A stretch of DNA of 64,000 bases from Thermoplasmataceae archaeon (GTDB lineage Archaea; Thermoplasmatota; Thermoplasmata; Thermoplasmatales; Thermoplasmataceae). The stretch spans positions 10,636 to 74,635 of the forward strand of contig JAVRLU010000001.1 of NCBI GenBank assembly GCA_031961165.1. Reading direction: 5' to 3'. The notes beneath the pieces were generated by a model. The model had not been told where the DNA came from. It saw only the letters and a program-made list of their open reading frames with translations, and ran no database searches. Below, one piece after another: positions 10,852-22,400 of the stretch. Position numbers and translations under genes: made by a program. Numbering within the stretch: the first letter of the stretch is position 1; each line of letters starts with the position of its first letter.

Positions 10852-12672
10852 TTAGAGATCCGGGTTCTGGGAGGATATCACCGGAACCGGATCTTCAAGT
10901 TTCTGGCCTATTTCAAATTCCGTCAGCTTTCTTCCAATGCTTCTCTCATAGAAGTCGATGATCCTTCTCTTGTCTTCCATGCTGTATTCCCTGTAATATT
11001 TCTCTCTCTTCAGGCTTCTTCCGGTTTTTTCCTCGTAGAGCTTTGCAGGTATGGAGTACTTTCTCTGTGTTGAATCCCTGTAAAGTTCAGGAATTACGTT
11101 GAATGCGCAGAACGGTATCACCCTTCCGTCTGGCATTGCATAGTGTATATCGCACCTTTCAACACGGTCAACATCGTATGTGTACGGATCCTGGAAGTGC
11201 ATGAACCCTATGAACATGGACTTGTAGTGGAATGCCTTGAGGCCGTGGTAATCGCCTTCCGTAAACGCATTGTACACCATGTCCTTAAGCTTGAAGTCCT
11301 TTGGTGCCTTCTCGTAGTCAACGAACTTTTTGAGGCTCATATAAAGCTTCGCCAGGCTTTCGGCTTTCCTGAACGTCTTGAACGAAGCATCATCTATCTC
11401 CTCTGCCAGTTTCTGGACATACTCGAACATTCCCTTTACATCCACGAATCTCGTTACAGGTATAACTTTTTCATTATCCTTGAAAAGGTATGTCCCCATT
11501 CCGCATGCATAATGTATTGACAGCTTGTATGTGGGCCTGCCCTTAAGCGCGGCAACGAAGTTGGACACGGATGCAGTGGATGGAACTGTAAAGAAGTCCT
11601 CTCTCCCTATGAGTCCATCGGTCTGCTGCTCTATCTTCTTTATTGCTCCCGGAATCGTGATCCTCTGTCTCTGCCTTGCACGGTCCGGCATCCTTCCAAC
11701 CAGGCTTACCGGCTGGAAATTGACGGCCCTAACAACATCTATATTTGAAAGCCCGAACCTTATTATGTCACCGAGATAAAGATCGTTTACACCTCCGATG
11801 ACGGTAGGCACAAGGACAACTCCAAGGGGAGCCTTTTTGTAGTTTTCCAGTGCTGCAGGGATCTCCCAGAAGTTCTTAGGATTTGATCTTGGCGTGGGCC
11901 CGTCAAAGCTGGTATAGACAACGTTTGATCCGGCGGCCCTTACCTGCTTGACAAAATCAGGATCGAAGGCGGCCCTGATGCTGTTGGTATTCAGCTGCAC
12001 GTGATCGTATCCCTCCTCCCTTGCTATCTTGACGATGTCTATTATATCCTCCCTCATAGTCGGTTCTCCACCGGTTATCTGGACGGCATTTGCACCTACA
12101 GGACGCTCATTCTTCATCCTCCTGAGCATCATCCTGATCTGATCCTGTGAAGGCTCGTATATGGGCTCGTTTTCCTTTGCATAGAAGAAGCAGTACCAGC
12201 ACGACAGATCGCACCTGTTTGTCACCACGATGTTCCCGAGGCCGGTGTGCGATTTATGCTTAACGCAGAGACCGCAGTGTGTCGGGCATACTATCTTTGA
12301 TGCTGCATAGGCGATCTGCGGGTTCGTTATTATAACGCCGGTATCCTGCCATTTCTTTGCTTCCTCAAACATTTCGTAATCTTCCCAGTACTTCTCGATA
12401 GTAACACCGTGCTCCGGGCATTCCTTTATCTGCTTGACTTCGCCTGCTTCCTCATATATTATTGCAGGTATCCTCATCTGGTCGAATTTTTCCTCATCCA
12501 CACAGCCTGGGCACAGGCTCTCAGTTACGCGTATAACGAGCATGTCCTCTGTTATTAAATGCCCCATGTCCTTAACGAATTCATCAACACTCTTGAACGG
12601 AGCATTCTCACTTATGTCAAAATCACTTGCGAATCTTATATTCGGATATCTCTCTTTTTCAACTGAGATCAT
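10852..12672 (-). CDS. Radical SAM enzyme with N-terminal Cys-rich (rubredoxin-like) region; probable tetraether lipid synthase (Tes / GDGT-MAS family)
   Basis: The CxxxCxxC motif is in NRCDLSCWYCF, preceded by CPTHCGLC and the N-terminal CPGC...CPEHG. The length (606 aa) and architecture match my recollection of the MJ0619/Tes family. Confidence 0.55.
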   Translation of the reverse strand: MISVEKERYPNIRFASDFDISENAPFKSVDEFVKDMGHLITEDMLVIRVTESLCPGCVDEEKFDQMRIPAIIYEEAGEVKQIKECPEHGVTIEKYWEDYEMFEEAKKWQDTGVIITNPQIAYAASKIVCPTHCGLCVKHKSHTGLGNIVVTNRCDLSCWYCFFYAKENEPIYEPSQDQIRMMLRRMKNERPVGANAVQITGGEPTMREDIIDIVKIAREEGYDHVQLNTNSIRAAFDPDFVKQVRAAGSNVVYTSFDGPTPRSNPKNFWEIPAALENYKKAPLGVVLVPTVIGGVNDLYLGDIIRFGLSNIDVVRAVNFQPVSLVGRMPDRARQRQRITIPGAIKKIEQQTDGLIGREDFFTVPSTASVSNFVAALKGRPTYKLSIHYACGMGTYLFKDNEKVIPVTRFVDVKGMFEYVQKLAEEIDDASFKTFRKAESLAKLYMSLKKFVDYEKAPKDFKLKDMVYNAFTEGDYHGLKAFHYKSMFIGFMHFQDPYTYDVDRVERCDIHYAMPDGRVIPFCAFNVIPELYRDSTQRKYSIPAKLYEEKTGRSLKREKYYREYSMEDKRRIIDFYERSIGRKLTEFEIGQKLEDPVPVISSQNPDL

Positions 12673-13462
12673 CTTTATTGGTCACCAAAAACTATAAAAG
12701 CTATAAGTATTAAAACTGTTTTGTTTTTTTCAGAGCTAATTACTGGAACACTGAGTTAGCTGGAAAGTATACATTCACAGGCATAACTGTTCAAAATTTA
12801 TCCAATTATACAGCATATAATCCCGTTCTTAGCTACAAAAAATGTAGTTTTATGATCATGGAAAATACCGGATTATTGAGAATCGATTACCATGTTTATA
12901 TAGGAAAATGATAGGAATAAACGCTGTTCGGTGAAAAATACCCAGCTGCATGTCTTAAAACCATCAAATAGTAAAACAAGCATCCATTAAACCGCCAGAA
13001 TGCGTAAACTATCCGGCCATCATGCTGTGAAATCCTTTATCCGTTTGAACGGAATCATTTTCATTTATTAAGTCTAAAAGAGATTCCGGGATTCCGTTTT
13101 TATTGTATAGGATACGTTAGCATCCTCATTGATGATCGTTCCATTCTTCGATCTGAACTGACAGGATAACCGGCAAAAGAATAGAATATAAATCACGTTT
13201 CTAAATCATGCGGATACCTAGAAACATAAACTGCGCATATGGTTGCAGGGAAAGTGCGTGATTTTTATTCACGGAATCTATCGTTACGTTTTTTATTGAT
13301 CCATGCTGATCCGTTACTTTCCAGCTTATACAGCAATAAAATGCTTGATTATTATAATGTATCCGGCAAACCGATCCTTAACGCTTACGAAAAAAATACA
13401 GGGTATGCTGCGCTTCAAGCTTCAAAAAAATTGTTGATATTCTGTTGATATTCAATACCTTA

Positions 13463-14788
<1,326 letters not shown>

Positions 14789-15739
14789 TTAATTTATGTT
14801 ATTATATTTTATAATCCCGTTATCATCCTTTTCATCGATCATGTCCTCCTTCAGCATGTGCTTCAGGTGTGATATCGTTTCCATAACCGCAAAATTAACC
14901 TCCATGAAGTTCATTGTATCCATTGTCCTTCCCTTGCTCCAGGGTATTTTCCTTGCAATATCGTAGGCTGTCGTCCACCCATCAATGGCCGATAATATAT
15001 TCCCCATCCGTAATTCATGATGTTTTATAATTTCGGATATCCTTGAATTTGGATCGTTTATTGGAGGGCCATGGCCAGGGTATATAATGCTTACATCCAT
15101 GTCCTTCACCTTTTTAAGGCTAGCAAGGTAAAGGCCAAGATCATCTTCGTCACCGTAGACACTGATGTTCGGCGTAATTTTTCCAAGGACATGGTCACCG
15201 GAAATCATGATTTTCCCGTTTCTGATATAAACGGCGCTTGAACCCGGGGAATGGCCGGGCAGGTGTATAAGTTCCATACCGCTATCCACCTTCAATTTTT
15301 CAAAGCTCTCAAGGAAGTCAAGAGAAGAATAATACTTGTGAAAATTTATGACCGGATGCATCCTAATGAGGTCGTCTTTTATCTTCTGGGGAACACCATT
15401 GGCCGAAAAGAGTTCGATATACCGGTTTATGTAATCCTTTTCGTTTTCAACAACGCTCCTGATTATTTTAAGATCAGCCTCATTTATATATGCCGGTATG
15501 CCGTAGTCATTCCACAGTGTCAGGGACCCGCCCAGGTGATCTATGTGAAGATGCGTAAGTATGAGTTTTTCAGGCCGGTATTTGCGGATTCCATCCTTCA
15601 CGAGTTCCACAGATTCAGCGGACATACCGGAATCGATAATGACGGATTCGTCACCATCCATGATGTATATGTTCGCTGTTTTAAGCGCCCTTATTGCTAT
15701 TGGCACTTCATATCTTTCAATGTTAACGTTTCTCGGCAT
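14789..15739 (-). CDS. MBL-fold metallo-hydrolase
   Basis: Contains the HxHxDH motif (THLHIDHLGG) and later HLPGHSPG and GHG. Confidence 0.8.
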   Translation of the reverse strand: MPRNVNIERYEVPIAIRALKTANIYIMDGDESVIIDSGMSAESVELVKDGIRKYRPEKLILTHLHIDHLGGSLTLWNDYGIPAYINEADLKIIRSVVENEKDYINRYIELFSANGVPQKIKDDLIRMHPVINFHKYYSSLDFLESFEKLKVDSGMELIHLPGHSPGSSAVYIRNGKIMISGDHVLGKITPNISVYGDEDDLGLYLASLKKVKDMDVSIIYPGHGPPINDPNSRISEIIKHHELRMGNILSAIDGWTTAYDIARKIPWSKGRTMDTMNFMEVNFAVMETISHLKHMLKEDMIDEKDDNGIIKYNNIN

Positions 15740-15923
15740 AATGGAAGTGAAACGTAATGCGTACTTATATTCTTCATTTTTTTTCGCTTGTCTTATTATT
15801 TTCTCGATCGTTTCCGGAAAATTATATGGAACGGATATCTTTTTTTTCGGGATTGCAGGAGGGCATTTTTATATTTTTAAGAGAAACATCAAACCATTTA
15901 ATATACGATCGTATGTTACATAA

Positions 15924-16163
15924 ATGATGGTCTCAATCGAATTCAAGTCCTTCTTCCGGGACCTGTCAGGAAAAGAAAAATATACCCTGGAAATTGAAAA
16001 CGGGACCAGGGCAAGGGATATACTTTGCACCATTCAAAAGAGATTTAGCAATATACCCATCAGAAACGCGATGCTAATGGTTGATTACCATCCCGTCGAT
16101 CCTGATTACGTCATTTCCAGCAACGATAGGATAATTATAATGCCCCATGTCGGCTGCCCGTAA
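15924..16163 (+). CDS. MoaD/ThiS-like beta-grasp (ubiquitin-like) protein lacking the C-terminal Gly-Gly
   Basis: The 79-aa length and overall pattern (V.IEF..FFRDL.G...; NDRIIIMPHVGCP versus the MoaD GDEVAFFPPVTGG) fit the family. The protein ends in -VGCP. Confidence 0.5.
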   Translation: MMVSIEFKSFFRDLSGKEKYTLEIENGTRARDILCTIQKRFSNIPIRNAMLMVDYHPVDPDYVISSNDRIIIMPHVGCP

Positions 16164-16249
16164 ATTTCCAATATTTTAGATTTAATAAGCAAATTCACGA
16201 ATGAAGCAGAACTCTCTATATAACCATTGATTATGGCCCAATTATTCGA

Positions 16250-16537
16250 TCATCCAAATATGAAGCCCATGCCCCCCTCGGCACTGTCATTTTCCTCCTT
16301 TATCTTTTCATATATTTCCCTTGATTTTCTATCGTCTATACGCTTCATTGTGCCCTCTTTTATACTATTTAAAGCCGAGATGTTTTCAGCGCTGCCCTCA
16401 AACATAATTATATTTCCATCAATGCCGTATGCGCTCCCATCCCTCTTGACAACAGTGAGCCTTGATATACGATCCTCGCCAAGTATTTCATTTACATCCT
16501 TCTCATTATCTTTTTTGTACGAATATACAACAAACAT
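16250..16537 (-). CDS. Hypothetical 95-aa protein with an acidic stretch plus GGMGFIFG C-terminal tail (ribosomal stalk P-protein-like tail)
   Basis: The ORF starts 27 nt downstream of the CoA-binding gene on the same strand. The overlapping + strand ORF 16227..16568 is low-complexity and looks like a shadow. Confidence 0.55.
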   Translation of the reverse strand: MFVVYSYKKDNEKDVNEILGEDRISRLTVVKRDGSAYGIDGNIIMFEGSAENISALNSIKEGTMKRIDDRKSREIYEKIKEENDSAEGGMGFIFG

Positions 16538-16564
16538 GTCAAAGATATTGCAAAGTCACATAAA

Positions 16565-16969
16565 TTAGATTCGTTTTTTGTGTTCCTTCATCATGCAGCG
16601 GTCCATAACCACATCAATTCCGTTATCTTCTGCCAGCTTGGCCGCATCCTCGTTTTTTATTCCCTCCTGCATCCATATGGCTTTTGGCTTCAAAGATAAC
16701 GAGTCCTCAACTATTCCGGTTACAGCCTCGCTTTTCCGGAATATATCAACGACATCAATCTTTTCATCAGGGCCGATGGATTTAAGATCCGGATATGCCC
16801 TTATACCATTCCACTCCGTAATACCGGGATTGACCGGAAATATCCTGTATCCGTGATTCATCAAGTATTCGGCAACACGGTAACTGTCCCTCTCCGGATT
16901 CGATGAAATGCCAACTACAGCTATATTCCTGGAATTTTTCAGAATATTTTCTATCATTTTCTGATCCAT
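16565..16969 (-). CDS. CoA-binding domain protein (YccU/YneT-like)
   Basis: Contains NIAVVGISSNPERDSYRVAEYLMNHGYRIFPVNP. I prefer ATG at 16969 over TTG at 16978. Confidence 0.8.
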   Translation of the reverse strand: MDQKMIENILKNSRNIAVVGISSNPERDSYRVAEYLMNHGYRIFPVNPGITEWNGIRAYPDLKSIGPDEKIDVVDIFRKSEAVTGIVEDSLSLKPKAIWMQEGIKNEDAAKLAEDNGIDVVMDRCMMKEHKKRI

Positions 16970-17133
16970 AGAACGCAAATTGGAAGTGCCTAATAATAAT
17001 TATTATTTCTGATTATTTGACCCGCGGGATGCGGATACTATTCCTTTTCACCTTAAAATCCCTTTTTTACGCCTTTATCATGTTACTCTAATAAAAAAAG
17101 ATTTTAAATAACTATTTGGAATACATATATTCT

Positions 17134-17433
17134 ATGTTTTGCCCAAAGTGTGGTACGCTGATGACACCTGTAAACGGAAAGTATGTATGCCCGTCCTGCG
17201 GATACGAGGTAAAGAAGAACAAGACCGAGGAGATCGTGAGCAAGAGCGACGGGAAGGAAACTATACTTATCAAGGAAGAACTTGCTGCGGAACCACTTGA
17301 TTCTGATGCAATATGCCCGAAGTGCCATCATAAGGGAGCAAGATACGTCCTGAAACAGACAAGATCAGCCGATGAACCCGAAACAAAATTCTATACATGC
17401 GAGGAATGCGGTTACAGGTGGAGAGAATACTGA
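17134..17433 (+). CDS. tfs: Transcription factor S (TFS / RpoM-like)
   Basis: Has the N-terminal zinc ribbon CPKCG...CPSCG and the C-terminal CPKC...QTRSADEPET.FY.CEECGYRW. I prefer ATG at 17134 over the track's TTG. Confidence 0.9.
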   Translation: MFCPKCGTLMTPVNGKYVCPSCGYEVKKNKTEEIVSKSDGKETILIKEELAAEPLDSDAICPKCHHKGARYVLKQTRSADEPETKFYTCEECGYRWREY

Positions 17434-17575
17434 TCGCTGAAAGCTCTCGAATATGCCTGGAATGGCTGATAGCCATAATGTATGCGTAAACTGTCATATC
17501 CAGGCTTTTACTGAATAATTTTTAATTATTTTTCATTTAGTAAAATTTAATATATCTTTTTGAATGACTTAATCA

Positions 17576-18208
17576 ATGCCAATATATGATGCAGACGAGC
17601 ACGAGCTTCTTAGCGAGAAATCCAGGATGACCCGGGGAGGCGATCAATACGATAAAGGCACGCTTTTTCTCACGGACAAGAGAATAATATACGAAGAGAA
17701 GGGCCATCGTGGCTTTCTAAGGGCGGCATCATCAAAGATACTCATGGATGTGCCCCTTTATGACCTGATAAATGTTTCCACTGCAATTCCAAAAATAAAA
17801 TTGTGGACAAAAAAGATGATCTCAGTCGAATTTGATACAAAGAACGGAAATGACAGGGCAACATTTACGGTCAAAGATCCGAAGAAGTGGTATGATGAAA
17901 TAATGAAATGGACCACGGATGCCAAAAGACGGCACGAACAGGATGAAAGGCTGAAGGAAGAGGAGGCAAAAAGAAGGGAAATAGAACTTGCCAGAGCCAA
18001 AGCGCCAACAGCCAACATCGGCATGTACATCAATGCGAAGAGGGATCAGAAAAAGGACGAGGGCAATTTTGTGGATGCCGCTTTCAACGAGATAGGGGAA
18101 CAAGGAGGCCAGATACAGCCTGCAGAAAGGACCAAAAAATGCAGTACATGCGGGAAAGAAATACCATACGATGCGGTTTACTGCCCTTACTGCGGATCAA
18201 AACAGTAG
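17576..18208 (+). CDS. Hypothetical protein: N-terminal PH/GRAM-like domain, charged coiled-coil, C-terminal zinc ribbon
   Basis: GTLFLTDKRIIYEEKG is a GRAM/bacterial-PH-like signature. RRHEQDERLKEEEAKRREIELARAK forms the charged segment. The protein ends in CSTCGKEIPYDAVYCPYCGSKQ. Confidence 0.6.
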   Translation: MPIYDADEHELLSEKSRMTRGGDQYDKGTLFLTDKRIIYEEKGHRGFLRAASSKILMDVPLYDLINVSTAIPKIKLWTKKMISVEFDTKNGNDRATFTVKDPKKWYDEIMKWTTDAKRRHEQDERLKEEEAKRREIELARAKAPTANIGMYINAKRDQKKDEGNFVDAAFNEIGEQGGQIQPAERTKKCSTCGKEIPYDAVYCPYCGSKQ

Positions 18209-18365
18209 CAGCGATAAATATACGATCAGTTATACCGCTATCCCGTTTTATTAATGTATTGCGTTAGTAAACCATAAATTCGATCAGGCGAAAAGGATTC
18301 TTGCACTGAAGGCAGTCTTCTGATAAAAGCATTCCAGCTAAATCGAGCTTTCGGAACAGTCTTGG

Positions 18366-19397
18366 TCATTCAATAAACGTTGCCCTTCCGGATGAAACCA
18401 TGTATATTGCAACGTATGCAGGAACACTGGAAATGCCCGTCTTAATGCTGAATTTTTCGCCGTTCAGCCTTATATCAAGTTTTTCCCTGGCATCTATTTT
18501 TAAATTCCCCTCAAGAAACAGCCCGGGTATGGCATCGGATAACGGATCGAATTCATCAATGTGATCGATCCGTACCTCCTTAACGATCAGGCCGCTCTTT
18601 CCGTGAAGGCTTCCCGGAAGCCTTATGAGCCTGTGAATATCGTATGATACCGGTGAATCAATGTATACGGCCCTGTCATCCATAACAGATTTTATGGCCT
18701 TTTTGAATATTGATTGCTGTTTTTTATAGAGATCGGAAAGATCCGTGCTATCCGTTACATTTATTTTTCGTTCCTTCGCGATCCCTTTTATGGAATTGTA
18801 TATATCACGTACCCATCCACCATTTTCAAGCGGCACTGAACGGTAAACCTGCAGAAAGCCGTCAATGGATATGGTGCTGCCGTCGATGTAATCCGCTATT
18901 TCCCTCCTGTTGTCTCCATTAAGCAGATACACGGACTCCGAGGATACGTGCACATGGTATCCCCTGCTGCCGGAAAAATACAGTTTTATATCGTTTCTGT
19001 TTATACCGAAATCATCTATAAGATAGAGGTTTATCAGCGTTTTCGTCTGTTTCTTTATTACTTCAAGAGTCTCCTCATAGCTCATCCTGTCTGCACCCGG
19101 AAGGTGATCTGCATCAAGGTCAAATATCAGGTCGGCGCCCTCCCATTTCTTCTCCAGCATTTTCCGGTCATCAGGCTTCTCATAATAAGCTGCAGAAGAG
19201 TATACATGCCTTGGCACTATTGTCCTCAGAAAATTATTCAGATCGAATTTTGTATCAATCTTATTATGCCTGACCATCTGCCCTGTAAAGAGAAGGTAAC
19301 CAAATTCCCTCTTATGCACAAGATCAGGCGTGCTTATCTCGTTCCCAGCGTAATAATCATGGAATAACTCCTGAAGGATCTCGTCCGAACGATTCAC
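18366..19397 (-). CDS. priS: DNA primase small (catalytic) subunit PriS
   Basis: Contains FDLDADH and FSGSRGYHVHV catalytic motifs. I prefer GTG at 19397, because the track start at 19499 would overlap the divergent S53 gene. Confidence 0.85.
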   Translation of the reverse strand: MNRSDEILQELFHDYYAGNEISTPDLVHKREFGYLLFTGQMVRHNKIDTKFDLNNFLRTIVPRHVYSSAAYYEKPDDRKMLEKKWEGADLIFDLDADHLPGADRMSYEETLEVIKKQTKTLINLYLIDDFGINRNDIKLYFSGSRGYHVHVSSESVYLLNGDNRREIADYIDGSTISIDGFLQVYRSVPLENGGWVRDIYNSIKGIAKERKINVTDSTDLSDLYKKQQSIFKKAIKSVMDDRAVYIDSPVSYDIHRLIRLPGSLHGKSGLIVKEVRIDHIDEFDPLSDAIPGLFLEGNLKIDAREKLDIRLNGEKFSIKTGISSVPAYVAIYMVSSGRATFIE

Positions 19398-19446
19398 ACC
19401 TGCATATACGATAATAATATTAATTATATTTGCAATATGTGGAGGG
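19398..19446. promoter_or_regulatory. 49-bp AT-rich divergent promoter region between priS and the S53 peptidase gene
   Basis: The sequence TGCATATACGATAATAATATTAATTATATTTGCAATATGTGGAGGG carries TATA-like runs on both strands. A GGAGG sits just before ATG at 19447. Confidence 0.3.
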
Positions 19447-22400
19447 ATGCTTACCAAGAAATTGCTGGTCATTTTCGTTCTCGGCGCTATGATAATCACG
19501 GTTTACGGCATGCCGTCCGCAGGCAGCGGTATGGATCGTGCCGTAACGGTTGCGGATAAAAATACAGCCGGGAATGCGAAGACGTATAATGTTGGCATCG
19601 TTCTTGAAAATGACCGGGCACAGGTAATTTCATTTCTGCGTGATTCTGGCATCTCCTTTTCAGTTGACGGCAACCTCATCTCATTTTACGCCAGCAACAG
19701 CACACCGCATTACATCTATAATTTTATAAACAGCACCGGAAATTCCTATTACGATATACAAAGCCAGCTGAACTTTACCGGTTATACGATGGTGAATCCG
19801 CTTGAGGCTCAGAATCCCTTTGTATATTACCCTTCGGACATATACTACGCCTATGATTATACATGGGCCCTCGATCACGGTATAACTGGAAAGGGCGAGA
19901 CAATAGCAATAGTTGACGCTTACGGTGATCCATCAATAAACTACGATATAAACGCATTTGACCAGATAACTGGTCTGCCACCATTGAACTTATCGGTAAT
20001 ATATATCAATAAATCGGAAACGTCATACAATTCACACTGGGCAGCTGAAACTTCCCTTGACGTTGAATGGGCACATGCATCCGCCCCCCTGGCCAGGATC
20101 GATCTTGTTGTGGCACAGAACTCCACAGTGGGGATACTCTCCGGTGCAATTTCTTTTGCCATTGAGAACCTGCATCCGAACATCATATCGCTTAGCTGGG
20201 GGATAGCAGAATACGGGCTTCCAATGACATACGTAGACAGCATGAATGCGATTTTCCGGAATGCGACAAGGGAAGGGATAACCATTGTGGCTGCGTCGGG
20301 CGATCAGGGAGCATATGACGGGACGAAAACACTAACAGTGAATTTCCCCGCTTCTTCACCATACGTCCTGGGTGTAGGCGGTACGTCGCTCTTCGTGAAT
20401 AATGGCGTATACTCACAATCCGGGTGGGGAGCATCAGCGTCCAGCAATAAAAGCCTTGGAAGCGGTGGAGGTTACAGCCAATATTTTGGGAAGCCTTACT
20501 GGCAGGATCCTGCGGGATACAACAGTACCATGAGGGGTGTCCCGGATGTTTCCATGCTTGCGAACCCTGACACGGGCGTCCTTATGATATCGCAGGGGCA
20601 GGCCTATGATGCGGGGGGTACAAGCCTGGCAGCTCCGCTGTGGGCTGGCGTGGTAGCCTTAACGGACCAGGCTTCAGGGAAAAGCCTCGGGCTCGTGAAT
20701 CCAATACTTTACCAGGCCTCAAACACACCGTTTTACAACTACAGTTTTGATCAGATATATAAGGGCTATAACGGATACTATTCTGCAGGGCCGGGATGGA
20801 ACCCTGTCACAGGCCTTGGGACCCCGAGGGTTAGCAATCTCATAAATGTAACAATGGAGATAACCGGCCCGTACGGTACAGTTGCGGTCTCGAATTACCA
20901 TTCCGAAAGGGTAAATGCGACAATATCCCAGAAAAATACGAATGATACTTACAATTTTGTCTCTCTCTACAACAGCGCGAACAATTCTGTTAAGGCCGGT
21001 ATATTTTACAACGGTTCCTCGTTATCGTACCTGATAATTGTCGAAGAGAACGGCATGATTTACGAAAAGAAGATTCATATCGGTAAAGAAAGCAGTTACG
21101 ACGTTGGTATACAGGAATATAATTCAACATTCAATTTTACGCTAAACTCATCGATAGAAATGTCAAAGAAATTTTACCTGACGTATGTCGGAAATGTAAC
21201 GCCTGCCTTTGGAACGGAGATGATAGGATCTTACAGCAACCTCACAAATGTATCGGCTTCGTTCACAGGCATATATTCCGGAAATGAAAGCATCACGAAT
21301 TTCACGCTGGATCAGGTTCACTTCCAGAGCATAAACTATAGCAGGTACGATTCAATAAATATTTTGAACGAAACATCATCATTCAACGCATCAAGATCCT
21401 ATTATTATCAAAAATATCTCAATAAAAAACCTGATAAAACGTATATCGTATACAATATAACCTATGCACTCAGGCCGGAAGTGAATCTGGCCCTTTCTAA
21501 CGGGAATTCGTCCGTGTTCTATGTCAATGGAAAGATGTTACCGGTTTCAAATTTTCCTGCATCCCCGGGAAAGGAGTATGTTGTGAATACGACTTATGAC
21601 GGCAAGAATATATCCACAAGAATAACGATCCCGGAAATTTACAGCCTGGATCTTCATGATTCCGGAGACGTATATCCTTCGAATATTTCAGCGATCGTAA
21701 ATTACTTCTATCCTTTTTACAACAATTCTGATAATATATCGATACCTGTGTTCCTTGGAAATAATAATATAAAGATCTATTCGGAGCATTTCTATAGCGA
21801 AACCAATGATTACAGTATCTATGGAAACGAAACACAAAAATTCTTCTTGAAGCCATACGACGGGAATTTTACGGTAATGGTCTATCCGTCGAATGTTTCA
21901 ATAAACATGTCAGGAGAATCGCTGAACTTCAGCATGGGCTACTACTACGGATCATTTGCCCCCGGAAACTATACACTTAATATAAACGCGACCGGCTTCT
22001 ATAATTACAGTGAAAAACTTGAAGTCATGCCGGGGACAGATTATCAGGACCAGGTAACCATGAAGAACAGTACGGCACTTTATGAGGCGGAAGGATACGT
22101 AAGTGATGGGCTGTTCAATTTCTCATTGCAGTACGTCAGGGTCAATGACAGCAAATACGTATCTTATACGAACAGCACAGGCTTTTACACGATTTTCCTA
22201 AATAGGACCTCTGCGACGATCAACTATTCAAGGCCTTACTATAAGAACACAAGCCTTAATTACAGCATGAACCAGGGCAAAATACCGGATGTGAAGATGT
22301 ATCCTGCCGGCATAACGATCACAAATCTCTTCGTTCCTGTTATCACAAACGTCCTCCCGTTCCTCTTCTCTGTCGCCTATATCTCATGGAAGCCATATAC

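Noticed and set aside
13125-13175. Possible C/D-box sRNA (TTGATGA ... CTGA ACTGA) in the long spacer
   Set aside because: Only one C-like and D'-like pair is present. There are no C'/D boxes at the proper spacing and no terminal stem, so this is probably chance.
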